Shown piece by piece: positions 39,724-54,194 of a DNA stretch of 64,000 nt. Origin of the DNA: Camelus ferus (Eukaryota); NCBI RefSeq assembly GCF_009834535.1, contig NC_045696.1:33482001-33546000 (forward strand), written 5' to 3'. The translations under genes were made by a program, and so were the position numbers. The notes under the pieces were generated by a model. That model did no database searches and was not told the origin of the DNA. It saw only the letters and a program-made list of their open reading frames with translations. How positions within the stretch are numbered: position 1 is the stretch's first letter; every line of letters starts with the position of its first letter.

Positions 39724-41099
39724 TAACCTAAGTATTTTATAAACTCTGTTATTGTGACATTTAATTAACCTAGACTATCTGGTCCCTGGGTAGTAAGTGC
39801 AGGGTTTACCCCATTTCAACATACATAAATCCTGCTAGATTAGGTATTAGCAGTGGACTCATCTGGAAACACGGAAACAGAAGCAGCAAACATTTTTAAG
39901 GGAATGGGGAAAAGCTTTGAACATGTTGAAGAGAAGACAAGAGAATGAATAAAACCTTATGAAAAAATCCATTAGTTATTCAAGATTCAGTTCAGGCAGT
40001 AAACAGAAGAAAGCAGAATGAGATACATAGGCCATTTGGTGTGCCTACAGAAGGACTCACTGACTGTTGTTAAAAAAAATCTCTTTTAGCTACAAGGGTA
40101 TATAAAGCCTCCACAATATTGTTTGAAAAGCTATATTTCACCAGTGAAAATAATTGAGAAATAAAGGAATTCTATATGCCCTTTAAAAATTTTTTTTTGT
40201 AATTTCTTGGCATATATACATGCTATGTGTAATGATTCAAAAAACTATATATTGGGGTGTCTGTCTCCCTAAATTCCAGCCTCCCAATTATGTTTTCTCT
40301 ACTGAATAATCTGGACCTTCTTTTTCCTCAGAAAATAAATCACTTTTTACAAAAGGCTCAAAGCTTGGATGATGATGAGTGATGAGAAAATTCTTATTCT
40401 TCCATCAAGGAAGCTTTGTTTCATTTGTCATTTCACCTGGAACACTGGCCTGAGGTCTCTAAAAATGATTTTTTTCTTTTGTATTTGATGTAGTTAAAAA
40501 AAGTTTTGACAGAAATCTTCTAGGAGCAGGAAACAGAATATATATATATATAATATATATATTACATATATATATAGATGTGTGTGTGTCTGTCCATATA
40601 TAGGTATAGCTAATAAAACTATGTACATATCTGTACATAGTCTTATTCACATTTAATTCATGCAGTACAGGGAGATTAGAATTTTGCTTGAATGTTTTTA
40701 ATGAGTCATCCCTAATTAGAATATTTACAGTAGAACTATTGAATCCTGGTGATTTATTTTCTATATGACTCTCAACCTGGATGGTGGAAAAAAATTAATC
40801 TACCACAATTTTCTTTGTAACTTTTTTATAGTAAGTAAAATGTTTAAAGATGATTTTTGAGTTATAAAATAATATAATGACATTACTATTACTGCTTTTA
40901 TTCTAACTTTTAAAAATTTTGCCTCCCCCTGTCTTTTCCATTAAACAGTGGATTTGGGGGTATGTTTTATTTTATAATTGCCCAGCAATCACTAGCTTTT
41001 GGGGGAAAAGTCCTAGGTAAGTCTTACTTATTATTACAGAGCAAAGCCTTCTAAATTGAATCCATTGATTTATCTTTTAAGCTTACAGTGAAGCAATGT

Positions 41100-42035
41100 C
41101 ATTGACATTCCCACTAGGATGCAAACTGTGTACTGGCCAGGAATTCCATTTCTAAGTTTCAAATCTCAACACCTAGAATGGACCCGTGCACATAGATAAT
41201 TTATAATAAATATTGGTGAATGCTTAAATGAATCATTAGAAAAAAAGAGGTGTATTATACAGAGGGAAAAGTAAAAGAATCAATTTGTTGCTCAGATTTA
41301 CAAATTTCTTCTTTCTCTCTTTGGCATGTTGAGTGTGTGTATGGAAGGGAGGTATGTGTGTGCATGTGGGTGCATGCATTTGCATTGAGTGTTTTCAAAT
41401 TTCTTCCTGCCAATGAAAGCTAGCTGGCATTTGCTATAATCTGTTCTTTAATAATCTTCTCACACAGTCTTTAGTACTTTTACCTCTTTCCCTAAACTCT
41501 CCTTGACTTCCATGGATTTTCCCTTCTGGCCTATCAAAATAGCTTCCTAACTACTCCTTCTGCCTTTAGAATCTTATTCCTGTGTATCAAAACATCTTTC
41601 TACAAAAAGCTTATTATGTAAAATCACCTTATTAAAATTTTTTCTGGTTCTTTAGTGACCACAGTCTGAAGTCAAATGCAGATTGTTACAACCTCTCTTT
41701 CCAGATTGCCCTCCTGTCTTTCTCAACCCAGGCTCTGATGACAGATAACTCATTACAGGTTCTGAATGTCCATTCTTTCTTTATTTAACCACATGGACGT
41801 TTACTAGACACCCTTTAAAACCTCAGCATTAATGCTAGTTCATCTGTGAGGCCTTCTCTGATCATAAGTCCTTCTGACACTCCTAAATACGTTTAAATAC
41901 TCTCTACTAGCACACCTCACGACGCCCTGCAGCACTCTTTAATGCATCAGAGTATGCGATGGGTCCTCTGTGCAACCGTACGGTCTGTCACCACATCTCA
42001 CAGCTCACAGATGCTATGCATTTGTGGAATGAATA
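41100..42035 (+). mobile_element. L2 fragments
   Basis: Two L2 3' ends (..aataaatattggtgaatg at ~41215; ..catttgtggaatgaataaa at ~42030). Confidence 0.55.
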
Positions 42036-45000
42036 AAAATATAAACATATTTTATAATATATATTATTAACTATAAAACATATCAGCAAATTATATGTTT
42101 GTATATGACTTTTAATACATCTAATCTATTTATATAAAATATAAACATGTTTCATGAAACCATCATGAATGATTTATAGTGGTGACAGTTTGTTTATTTC
42201 TTTAAATTCAAGCACAAAGAGAAGACTTAGAAAAGTCACCTGCTCCTTGCTTGATGAGGCAAATTCCATTATTCCAGACCCCTTGCCTTCAAAATTTTAC
42301 ATGCTGAGGATTGTTTTAACTTACCAAACTCATATTTCCAGCACATCCTCTGGGGCGATTTTTAAGACCAAGGTATTACTGTCTTGATAGCAATAGGGAA
42401 GAAAATCTATGATTTTAATTTTCCACTTCAAGTAATAGGCAGGGAAAATGTTCATGGGTCTATTGTGTGTAAGGTGGTGAAATAAAGTAAGCAAGTAGGG
42501 TAGCAGAGATATTTGCTGGGAGATATTTGTTCTGAGAAGTCTAGTTTTCTAGGCCTACAAATACAAATACACAGCACGTGCACAAGTACGTGCACATGTG
42601 CACATGCACGCTCGCTCACAGACACGCACATCCCCCATACCGGAGAGTTATACAGTTTATCTGAATGCACGTTTCAATCAGAACGAGTTGGGGGTAGATT
42701 AAATATTCAGCCCTATTTTCCTCTCATTTAGAGATGGTAAATGCACCATTAGGTACTATTACTTTCTGCCACTTCCCAACACAGTGATAATCTGATGCCA
42801 CAGTGCCTCATGGGTTGCTAGTCTCCAAGGTTAAAAGGGAGCATATGTGGGGCATGGCTTGAAACAAAGTGAGGCAGAATCATTACCTTATAATAGCTAT
42901 GATTCACTCCTCCTGCCCATACAGCCTGAGAGGGGTTCACCCGGGGCATTGATTTGTTACAGTGGCCATTCCTTGGAAAGCTCAAGACACTGAAGCCATC
43001 CTTATATTCTTCCCTATGGGTAGAAGCAGTCTGTGTGGCTGAGGAGGACAAAGGAGGTTTAGGGAGGACCAAAGACTGATAAATTCACCTTTGCAGAATT
43101 GTTGACAACTTCTCTAAAATGAACACCTCATTGACCGACTATGTTATCTTTAAATGAACTGCTTGACATTTTACCAAATGACAGTTTTCCTAAAGACTTA
43201 TTATTCAGCATGGATAGAAATTTACTTTTCTAGTCTGTCACCACAGTGATATTTATTTATGGAAAGTGGGTGAAGTTTCTCAATTTCAATGAGTAAATTC
43301 TCAGTGGTAAACCTTGTCCTGTGTGTTTAAAGTCCTTGAAAGTTTTCTTTGGAGTTACTTGCTAACATACTTGGTAAATTATATTAATTTCATTTGATTA
43401 TACTTTAGAGGATATCATACAAATTCATATTAATTCTCTAAAGTAATTTAAAAGAGCTCAGCCTACACATGACATAATCAGGCATAGATGGCATGTTAAA
43501 TATATATGCATTTTGATATTTACATTTAATGTTATTTTTCTCAACAAATATATGTAAATAATCAATTATTATATAAACAGTCAGCAGGTCAGGACCCTGA
43601 GCAGAAAAGCAGGCAGACTGAGGGGAGAGGTAAGCAGGAGAGCTGGTTGTTAACCCTTTGCTAGCACACTATTGAATGTGTCCTGTTGAGGAGATTTTCC
43701 TAGGTTGAGAACTTGCGCTACATTATGCTTGATTATATTTTGTCCTATTTTGTTACATATTATTTTACACGTACCCCTTCAAACCACACACTTCTGCAAA
43801 ATTCTTAAATATCATTGATAATCACTGCTTTTGGAAGAGTCCAAGTCAATAGCAACTCATAGGAATTTACTATTTGCCAGACACACTCTCAGCCTTGTGG
43901 ACACATTTTGTTGCTGTTCACAAATACCTGACAGTTTAGTGAGCAACTCCAATTTACATCAGGATGCTAATAAATTTACCAGGTGCATATGTGGGGAAGG
44001 GTGAGATCTCTAAGCTCAGGGAGCTCTAAGTGAAAATCAATCCACCGAAATCCCAACAATGTTGTGTAAATCTGATGTCTCCCTTTCGAGAAGGATTATG
44101 TCCTGGGCAGCTGGGATTTTGACTGAAGCCTAAAACCTTGTTTGATGGCTATAAGTCAATATTTTCTATTTTTAAATTAATAATAGAAAGTTTTATTTTA
44201 TAATTAAACATACAATTTAGAAATAGTGTGTTAATGCTTTTAAATTGCCTTTCATAGGAAGATTCCCAGGTAAATCTGAACACCTCAATCTCAAATTCAA
44301 CAAAATAGCATCACTTGAAACCCAACAAATGATAACTGAGGTCCTAATACCAGCTACATTCTTCAAGCAAAGTAAATCATGACAAAAATGCTCAACTAAT
44401 TCTCTTATACATCTCTTCAGTATTTTCTAAAAGTATGCGTTTAGCATCTTGTTTAATACTTAAAAGCTGTATTATTATTTTAAAACAAATTAGGATTGAA
44501 AACCAAAATGCAAAAAATTTCTTACATCACTATACCTCTCGTAATTTTTAGTCTAATATTTTACCGTATTTTGTAAATGCATTTAATGTTATCTTTAAAT
44601 ACAGAGACAATAATTCTGTCCTTGACTTGGTGACAGAATAGCCTTGAACAAAAGATTAAAGGATTAAGTTATCCATTTAAAACAATGGTGCTCTGCATCA
44701 CCAGACACCTAGGAGAATTGATCTTGGGCATATAAACCATTTGTCTGTCTATACCTATTTTTTAAATTGTGCAGAGTGGCACCTCAGTAAAACTGAGGCA
44801 AGCTGAATTCATTATGGGAAGTACCAAGTGCCCTTGACAGCCTGAGGCTGTTGTTTTCCTGAAACTGAAACAAAGAGAGAGGCACATCCTCAGAGCTTCA
44901 TAGGTGCAATAATGATCTACGATATAGGGGGAGAAGTCAATGCATCCTTCACAGACAAAATATATGCATATGCATCATCTTGTTTTTATTTTGGGGAGAA

Positions 45001-46393
45001 AAGTACTATAAAAGTAAATGTTCATGATATTCCTATTTGTGTGAGTTCAAAACATAAAGCAGAGGAGCAAAGGGAGGGAGGTAGTGGAGGGAGGGAAAAC
45101 ATTTAATTCGTTCCAGCTACCCTTGTGAGGTTAAAAAGAAAATTGATTGTGGTTTATTAGTCCTTTCCAATAAACACTCAAGAGCTCAGCTAACTGAAAG
45201 CAATTGATACCAGTGGAATCAATGGTGCAGCAGAATACCCTAATGGGTATTGTTGGAACTTTTAATTCTCATTACACAGTTTATTCTTTCAAGGGTTATT
45301 TGATGGAATCCTTGTTGATGAGTATCTCTAAAGCTTTGCTGCTTAAAGAATTGGTTTATTGAATGGCTTTGCCTTATTTTAGATCAATTTGAAGATACCT
45401 GCATAAAAATATAAGCACAGAAAAAACTGAAAAATTTACATAACCTACATAGTGTTTATAGTCCTTCAACTCCTTTCTAATTGATGGAATGCATGCAAGC
45501 TCCAATGACCATGTTTCATTCAAAGTAATTGTAATTAAGAATTTCAGTAGGCTAACTTGTGATTGAATCACTCAATGACCTGCACAAGGGTCCCATAAGA
45601 TTCAATCTTAACTGTACTGAGTTGTAAGTTTCTTGTTTGCATTTTCATGGCTAGTTCTTCCAAATAAATTATCCTTCATAATTCACATATGCATACCCGA
45701 ACCTGATCTTTCTGTTTTGAAACAACTGTAATTTTAGCAAAAGAGTCTGTGGAGGGGAAAAAACAAGCTTCCCTATTGAAACAGGCAAGGCGATAAATTA
45801 CAGGAGCTGCCGACTGCTTACACTAATCACGTCGCGGACAGGGAAGGGCCAGGCAGAACTCAGGGCTTCCAACTCATCCCTCTTCTCCTTCTCCCCTTTT
45901 CTTTTTAAAAACAGTATTTGCTTTTTTTTTTTTTCTTTCCTCCCTTCCCTAGGCTTCCTAAAATTCTCTTTTTACCTTACTCTGCTTCCAGCAATGCTCA
46001 TGTCCTAAACTCTAAGCAATTAGTGCAAGTGTGACCTGGTCCTTCTCTCCTTTGATTAATGATGTTTAATATCTTTACACACGACTTTGCAGTTATGTTA
46101 AAGTATTTATTTTCCCCCTTCATCTTTTTGACAAACACACACACACACACACACATATATGCACCACATTGCCTTAAGACAATCTTTTACTCTAAATATT
46201 TTTGAAGATTTCTATAAAGCAAAAAGCTCTAACTTTCTGTGCTCATAACTACAGTAAAATTAATAGAATTTGGGAAAATATTTTAGGAAAATCCAAAGAT
46301 ATGCATAATGTACTCACTCTGTCTCAATACGATAAAAGTAAATAACATATCTATGTATATATTTTTCCAAAGAAATATTGTAAATATAATCAT

Positions 46394-46886
46394 TTTCGGG
46401 GATCCACAGATTTCTGGCAGATTCCTGCTCCAAGGCCCCTCTGCTCCAAGGCCAATCAGGTGACCGGCTGCTAACCATTAAAGCTAACAAAGAACATTCC
46501 TTTCCTAATACATACCTGCCTTAGCTGAGATAATGACACAATGCCCTGAAGCCTGACCACCCGAACCGGTCACAACCCCCATCAGAGTTTGCAGCCCTAC
46601 GCTTTCACGACCCCTTCCCTATTACCTCAGCATCAACCAATCAGAGACTTGTGCACAGGCCGATCACATCCTGTGTGACCCCTGGGGACCTGATGTGACC
46701 TTCCCTAATAAAAGACCTCAGCAGCCGACGCTCGGGGCTCACACAGACACCTCTCCTCTGTGTGGCCCGCTGCTGTCTATGGCAGTGTACCTATTAAACT
46801 CCTTTTCTATTTTTATCCTTTGTCTTTGGTAAATCTTTTGTAAGTTCTTTTACTGTCCACACACTGACCCACCAGACCCCATGACA
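46394..46886 (+). mobile_element. Relatively young ERV1-type solo LTR
   Basis: GC/CpG-retaining block ending ccccatgaca, CCAAT box at ~46637, AATAAAA at ~46707, ATTAAA at ~46793; ATTT at both ends. The 5' TG is not intact. Confidence 0.78.
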
Positions 46887-47859
46887 ATTTAATAGCTTTT
46901 TTAAGGATTTAAATGACTGCAGCAGTTTAATCTAGTATATTTGTGCATTCTTACTACCCTTCCATTAATTCAAAAGTAATCTGAGAATATCAGTGTGTAG
47001 GTACAGGCATCCTTTGGAGAAGATTACATTTGTAATTTTAAGACTGTCCTTCTTCAGATTTCTTTTCCACTTATAAAATAAAGTCCACTGTGCATCTGTC
47101 TTTTGTTTTTTAGAAATGAAATATATTTTATTCACAAATTTATCCATTTTGTGGCCTAAGGCCAACATTATTAACAATAAACACTTAAAGACATGTCATC
47201 ATTTGGTACAAATCCATATGGAAAACATAAGATCTAACCTTAGCATCATAGTCACCAGGTACGTGTCTTAATATGATGCCAAGAATCTCCTTAGATAGTA
47301 GAATGGAATTAGCTCTGCTCTCTGTGGCACAATCTCATTAAGAGAATTTTAGAAAATATTAGATTAAGAGAAGAAATTCTGGTACAGAATCAGAAGGTGG
47401 GGGTTCTCATGTCAGTCATTCAACTCTGAGCCACCCACTCAACAAAGCACCTGAATACTGGGAATCACAAAGTTCTTATGATGATCCAATAAATTTGTAT
47501 GTGAAAGTAACTTGAAAACTCTTGAATTCATATCACATGTTATTTTGTTGTTATTAATAACTAATAATTTATAGGAAAAAGTACAAATCTTGACATTTCT
47601 GAAATATGACTATTGGCCTGTGATTTCTAATATGCTTGAATTGGAGACATGGTTTCTCTCTTGTCCTGATTTTCTTCTCTGCAAACCTAAGGTGTAGTCC
47701 AGGTGCCAGGAGTGAGTGAGTACAATCTACTCAGATTAAGTGGTGAAGAACATGAAATGAGAGTCATACTTCTAAGAAACATCTTGGTATATCCAATAAT
47801 CAAAATGAAGAGGTCTACCATGTTAAGACAAGCTCAATATTTAATAAGATATTATTAAT

Positions 47860-48140
47860 CTCATAGCTAGCATTTACTGAGTTCTGACCACATGCAAAGC
47901 ACTATAGTGAACAGTTATATAAATTTTTCATTTAATCTTTAGCACACATAATTGAAGTATATAGTATCATTATATATTACCTCATTTAATATTCATATTA
48001 GCTTCATGAATGTGATACTATATTGTCAACTTAATAATTATGAGACTAAGGGTCAAAGAGACTAAGTAACTTTCCAAAGGTTATAAGGCAAAAGTTCATT
48101 CTAAGAGTGGGAATTTGTAATCCAAGAGCCCCTAATCACT
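47860..48140 (-). mobile_element. MIR
   Basis: 'atagctagcatttactgag..tttaatctt..gagactaagggtcaaagagactaagtaactt'. Confidence 0.65.
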
Positions 48141-48499
48141 TCTAGAACTAAGGCTATGAGCCTTTGTCATAAAAAATAAGTATCTAGATTTAAGTTAGGA
48201 TAAACTTGGGAGAGAACCCAGGTGGATTTCAGAAAATTTACCTTATTTTCTGTGACCTCCATGTGGCAGTTGTCAACTGACTTTCACTATCTAAGAAAGT
48301 ATTTGGGAGGAAGGGAGGTAAAATAAAAAGATGGTCTTTTTTAACCCCATATCCTAGTATTCAAAAATAGTAATGAGACATAGGGGGAACATTAAATATA
48401 TTGAAATCTATCTTCTTTTTTTCATTCCAAACATGAGGGTGGCTTTATTGTCCCAGAAGAAAAATAGAGAGCCAGGGAAATCTATCTTTTGAAATGTCT

Positions 48500-50077
48500 T
48501 AGTATAATCAAAACAGTGTGATACTGGCAAAAGAATAGGCAAACAGATCAATGAAAAGAGTAGAAAGCAGAAAGAGACCCATATAAATATAGTCAACTGA
48601 CCTTTGACAAAGGAGTAAAGGCATTACATACAATGGAGCAAAGACAATCTCTTCAACAAATGGTGCTGGAACAACTGGACATCCACATGCAAAAAAATGA
48701 ATCTAGACACCCTTCACAAAATTTAACTCAAAATAGATTACAGACCTAAAAATGTAAAATATAAAATGTAAAACTACAAAACTCCTAGAAGATAACATGG
48801 GAGAAAATCTAGATGACCTTGGGTATGACGATGACTTTTGAGACACAACATCAAAGGCATGATCCATAAAAGAAATAATTGATAAGCTGGACTTCATTAA
48901 AATTCACAGCCTCTGCTCTCTGAAAGACACTGTTAACAAAAGGAGAAGGCAAGCTAACAAAAGGAGAAGGCAAGCCACAGACTGGGAGAGAAAACACTTG
49001 CCAAAAAAACATCTGATAAAGCACTGTTATCTAAAATACACAAAGAATTCTCATAACTCAACAATGAGGAAACAAACAATCTGATTCAAAATGGACCAAA
49101 GACTTTAGTAGACACCTCACCGAAAAAGATATATAGATGACAAATAAACATATGAAAAGATGCTTCATATCCTATGTCATTAGGCAAATGCAAATACAAA
49201 CAACAAAGTGATAACACTGCACATCTATTAGAATGGCCAAAATCCAGAGTCCTGACGATACCAAATGTTGGCAAGAATGTGGAGCAACAGGAAGTCTCAT
49301 TCACTGCTGGTTGGAATGAAAAATGATACAGCCAGTTTGGTAGACAGTTTTGTGATTTCTTAAAAAGCAAAACCTACTCTTACCATATGATGCAGCAATT
49401 TTGCTTCTTGGTGTTTATGCAAAGTTATTGAAAATTTATGTTCACACAAAAATCTGCACGTTAATGTTTATAGCAGCTTTGTTCATAATTGCTAAAATTG
49501 GAAGCAACCAAGATGTCCATCAGTGGGTGAATGGATAAATAAACTGTGGTATATCCAGACGATGGAAAATTATTCAATGCTAAAAATCAAATATGCTATC
49601 AAGCCATTAAAAGACAGGGAGAAAATTTAGATGCCTATTATTAAATGAAAGAAGCCAATCTGAAATGGCTACAGATTGTACGAAATATACAACATACTAG
49701 AAAAGACAAACAATGGAAACAATAAAAAGATAAGAGGTTGGGGATGAGGAAGGATGAAGAGGCAGAGCACAGAGGTTTCTTAGGTCAGTGAAAATACTAC
49801 GTTTGATACCAAAAATAAATATATACCTGTCATTATACATTTGTCTTTACCCACAGAAATTATACCGCCAGGAGTGAACCATAATGTAAACTATGAACTT
49901 CAGGTGGTTATGACGTGTCAATGTAGGTCATCAGTTATAATTAGTAGACCGTTCTGATGGGGGGTATTGACAATGCATGTATGTGGGCGGGGGGTAGATG
50001 AGAAATCTCTGTACCTTCCCCTTAAATTTTCTATAAATCTTAACCTGATTTATAAAAAAAAGTCTTAATTAAAAAAA
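48500..50077 (+). mobile_element. L1MC1/2-type ORF2 end and 3' UTR
   Basis: 'ctcttcaacaaatggtgctggaacaactggacatccacatgc...aaatctctgtaccttcc...aattaaaaaaa'; 21-bp tandem duplication at ~48933-48975. Confidence 0.88.
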
Positions 50078-50633
50078 TGCTTTTGTGAAAGTAGTTATAT
50101 AACATGTATGAGATGAGAAGGAAGATCTAAAATTTGACTGGTCAACTCTTTCTCAAGATTGTTTCATACTGACTAATTTTATTATACTCAAATTCTCAAC
50201 AATATTTATGTCTATGCAAGAAAGGCTTGAAATCATATGAAAGTCGAGTTCCAACAGTATTATTACATCTCAAATAAGATTTCAATTCTCTGCATTTTAT
50301 CCAATTTGAATCTTCTGGGACTCCATTCCAGATGCACATGTAAAATGAGACAGAATTTTTGACATATCTTTTCTTTTTTATCTAATCAGTAACCACCTTA
50401 TCCTGGGAGACTATAGCACTTAATCCACTGTCTATTTCTTAGTCGTTTGCTTTATGTCTGGCAACCATGGAATTCTGAAAACTGATCCAGAGATTCTATA
50501 CTGGAATAAAGTTAGACTGGAATAAAATAAGGTAGTCCAGATAGTAAGGAATTCTAGGGGATTTTCTAGGCCAATTCTGAACATCTATAAAGCATAAGGA
50601 GTTTGCTTTGTCCTTCTCAGTTTCTAGGTGTAC

Positions 50634-50694
50634 CTCATCAATGGGGAATATGGCCACTAAGATAGTTGGCTGCTGCAATGGTTATGGCCAACAA
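50634..50694 (-). pseudogene. 7TM-RGS exon 6 (TM7)
   Basis: Acceptor cttttcttcccttgaaatag (an alternative AAG acceptor lies 23 nt upstream), donor GAG|gtacac. Reads LLAITIAAANYLSG, then after a 1-nt frameshift near 50652-50655, IFPIDE. Confidence 0.55.
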
Positions 50695-50789
50695 CTATTT
50701 CAAGGGAAGAAAAGAGTCTTGAAGAAAAATATGTGAAAAGCAGTAATTGATTGAAATCTCCTTGACCTCATCTTCTACTTGGTTCCTTC

Positions 50790-51215
50790 TTGCTGCCTCT
50801 GCTGTCATCATACTGGCCTCCTTTCTGCCCCTTGAGCACACCAGGCCCACTCCTGCCTAAGGGCCTTTGTACTTGCTTTGCTTTCTTGGATTACCCCGGA
50901 AATACGCTTGGCTCACTCACACCTCTCTTAGGTATTTTTCACCTATCACCTTGACCATTTTATTTCAAATATATCCCATATTATTTTTGTGCTTCTTATT
51001 CGTTTTCTTCTGCCTTAATTTCTTCAGTTATCAACATGTTATATATTATAAATTCTCCTAATTTCTTTTTATATCTGACTTCCTTCACTAGAATGCAAGC
51101 TTCAGGAGGGCAGGAGATTTTCTCAGTTTTGTTCCCTGAGTTATCCTCATCACCATGAACAGTACCTGAAACTTTTAAGGCTTTTATAAATATTTATTGA
51201 ATGATTGGATGAATG
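50790..51215 (+). mobile_element. L2 3' end
   Basis: 'actggcctcc..agggcctttgtacttgct..actagaatgcaagcttcaggagggcagg..aaatatttattgaatga'. Confidence 0.78.
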
Positions 51216-52009
51216 ACATTACCTTTATAATAGAGGGAGGAGAATTTAAATGGGTCATTCTTTACTTTGCTGAAAGTTGGCTACCATATTTAATGAGCTG
51301 GCTCCCTTTGCTGCAAAAGTGAAATACGATATTCTGGATTATATCTTCCTTTTTGCTTTCCTTAACTGGTACCTCAAATGTAGATTTAAACAAATAGAAA
51401 GTCACAACTACAATAAAAATTTTAGAAATGTCTATAAAAATCATCAAACCAAGGCAACATGTTAAAAATGACTTTCCAACTTCTCTGTTATCTACAGCAC
51501 CTCAAATGTTACCAAATGTTTATATATATATATATATACTTTTTATATGTTCAAGTTGGTAAGTACTCTAAGAGCACTAAGAGTGCTATACTTATATTTT
51601 TGCATAAAAATATATAAACATTTTATATATTCAAGTTGATAAATATACCCTTTAAGAGTACTAAACCTAGAGCCAGTACACTTTTTTTCTATTTATGAAT
51701 ATGTCACACATGAATTAACTATCCTCTGACGAGTCACTTAACATCTCTGGATTTCAACTGACTCATGTTTTTAAAAAAGAGGAGAACCAGATGGTTGACT
51801 TGCGATATCTTCCAGTCTAAGGTGATTTAAGCCCACTCAGATGAATTGTGAATGACTGTATCTTATAATTCCTTATTTATGACAAGTAATAAAATCTAAT
51901 TTAAAGCGTCATAGTCTAGTGTATTTTTAACAGATATATATTAATAGGCAGACTAAAGTATGCTGTTTTTGTTGCTGTTGTTGTCTGCTTTGGTTTGATT
52001 TATATTCAC

Positions 52010-52178
52010 CATTGTAAACAGAAATTTTAAGTGTTTTGTTGACTGTATTTTGAAAAGACTTTCCAGAGGAGAAATTATCCAACTGCAGTGATCATTGTGG
52101 AGTAGGAACTTGTAATCAGATACCGGCCATTGCATTCAAGATAGCACTACTCTTTCAATTTGATCTTTAAGTATTGAC
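52010..52178 (-). pseudogene. 7TM-RGS exon 5 (loop, degenerate TM6, start of TM7)
   Basis: 169 nt, phase 2->0; the first G completes the TGG (W) codon. Reads SILKDQIERVVLS*...IISPLESLFKIQSTKHLKFLFTM with TGA at 52138-52136. Another frame in the middle reads YLITSSYSTMITAVG (probable frameshifted TM6). Donor ATG|gtgaat; acceptor weak. Confidence 0.5.
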
Positions 52179-52836
52179 CTTTCCAAGCAATGCTCATAAA
52201 GCAATCAAAAGGACAAAAAGTCATAACATACCCATGAGTTAAATGAAAACAAAAACAAAGACAAAACAAAGGCAGCAACTGAAACCCAGAAATACTGCTA
52301 ACTTGTTACAGAAATAAAAAATTATTGTTCTGGCTTACTTCTGACTCACTGATCCAGATGTCAAAGGAATGCATGAGTCAATAAGACAGACTGTGTTTTC
52401 TTCTCCTTTCGGGGTCCCAAATTGTCATTTCAGATTCTTTATCTGAATTCTGTTGCTAATTAATAGTTCTCAAACTGCTCTGCAACAAATTCCTTCATTC
52501 ATTTGCACAGGCAGGTCAATGAATAACAGAGCTAAGGTGACAGGTTCTGAATCGTTATCAGCTATTAAACTCAGCCTGAAGTTTCGTGAAGAATAATAAT
52601 GGAAGAGAACAAATAAATCAACTCAATCTGCAATTTTAGAATATATTTAAAATACTTTCTTATTAAACCCACAGTAAACACCCTAATTAGTACCAATAGA
52701 AGCACCACACTCCACACCTTGAAGCTGAATAAGAAACAAGTTAGTGTTCTATCAAGACTATGCAGCAGTGTTACAGCTGTGAGCCATTTACATCACAAAA
52801 CAAACCTACTCCCCACAGAGGTATCAGTGCTATAGA

Positions 52837-53015
52837 CAATGGTTCTTGAACCTTCCAGGGCATCAGAATCACTCAGAGGTCTTATTGAAACACCAGTTAG
52901 TGGGCATCTCCTAGAGTTCCTGACCCAGTAGGTCAGAAGAGGGCCCCATATTGGCTTTTCTAGCAAGTTCTTAAGTGATGCTGATGCTGCTGGTCCAGGA
53001 ATTACAGTTTGGTTC
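52837..53015. mobile_element. MER5A-like hAT-Charlie DNA transposon
   Basis: 'caatggttct..catcagaatcac..cagtaggtc..ttctagcaagttc..gtgatgctgatgctgctggtcca'. Confidence 0.8.
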
Positions 53016-54194
53016 TGAACAATTTAAGTTGTGCAATCATGGCTTTGAAAATATCTTAAAAATATTTAACCCATTTCTCTAATTCAAATTTTAATCATCT
53101 GATGGTGAATTCACTATTCAATGTGAGCAACTACCATGTGGTGGACATTGAACTAGACACTAGGGACACCCTGGATAATTATCTCCCTTAAGGTGTTCAT
53201 GATACTGAGTGGGAAAGACACATGCCTAGAGAATTATTATGTAGTGTTTTCACAGAAGGACGCAGAGGGTTTAGACCCTGTAGATCTGCCATAAACTATA
53301 TAACAGGCAAAGCAACTTGGTCAAGATTGAATTTTTGAATGTCTCACCCTGGCCTGACAGGAAGCAGGGGAGTGAGTTAGAAAAGGACTGCAAAAATCCA
53401 AGTCAGAGACAGTGATGGTGCTTAAAACCCTTCAACTTTTCCATATTGCTTTTAGCATAAACTATAAATGCCTAAAAATGGTGAAACACCATCCTGAATG
53501 ACTGGGTCCCTACTGACTTATGCGACCTTGTCCTTGTCTCCTCATTTTTTGCTACCCCCACCCTCACTTAGTAACAACACAATATTAAAAAATTAGTCCT
53601 ACTAAATCTCTTTCAGGCTCTCAAACTCACAATAGTTTCTCTTACTGAGAGTTGAGAGAGTCTTGCTCATTCTTTTTGTACATGCACACAACTCTTTGCC
53701 CCACCCCTCACCTTAGTTATTATATTTTTATCTCAGTGTATTATGTCTCTTCTCATGGACCTATTCCTCTCCCTATTCTGTCTCCCCCCTCCCCACCCTA
53801 CCTCCTCCACCAGTTTTGCAGGTGCTTTTTCTCATCTTTGTTCATTTCTCCATATATTTCACTAGAGAAGCAGCCTCTTGAGGGTGGAGACTAGAATCTT
53901 TCCCAGTGTGTTTCTCAGAAAGCCCAGCTCATGATCAATACACAGTAAATATGGACAGTTTTAATGAAGGAGATAGAGCCTATGAAGGGGACCAAAAAGA
54001 AAGAGATGAAGGGAAAGACCAGTCGATTTTAATGTAAAGGTAGCTAACAGTTGGATGGAATAATCATCAGGTCCAGAAAAATATGGACTTTAAAAATATC
54101 CAGTGGTTTTAGCTAGGAATGTTGTTGGTGACCTCGCAGTAACATCAGCAGAGTGATGATAAGACAAAGCCAATATCAGGAAATTGGAGGTTTC

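Noticed and set aside
42570..42632. Purine-pyrimidine alternating tract
   Set aside because: Decayed (CA)n microsatellite with no evidence of function.
48408..49370. Minus-strand ORFs at 48408-49370
   Set aside because: Antisense readings of L1MC ORF2.
52570..52630. Hydrophobic minus-strand stretch IELIYLFSSIIIL as an alternative TM6 exon
   Set aside because: Weak acceptor, early stop, no donor; exon 52178-52010 fits both flanking phases.
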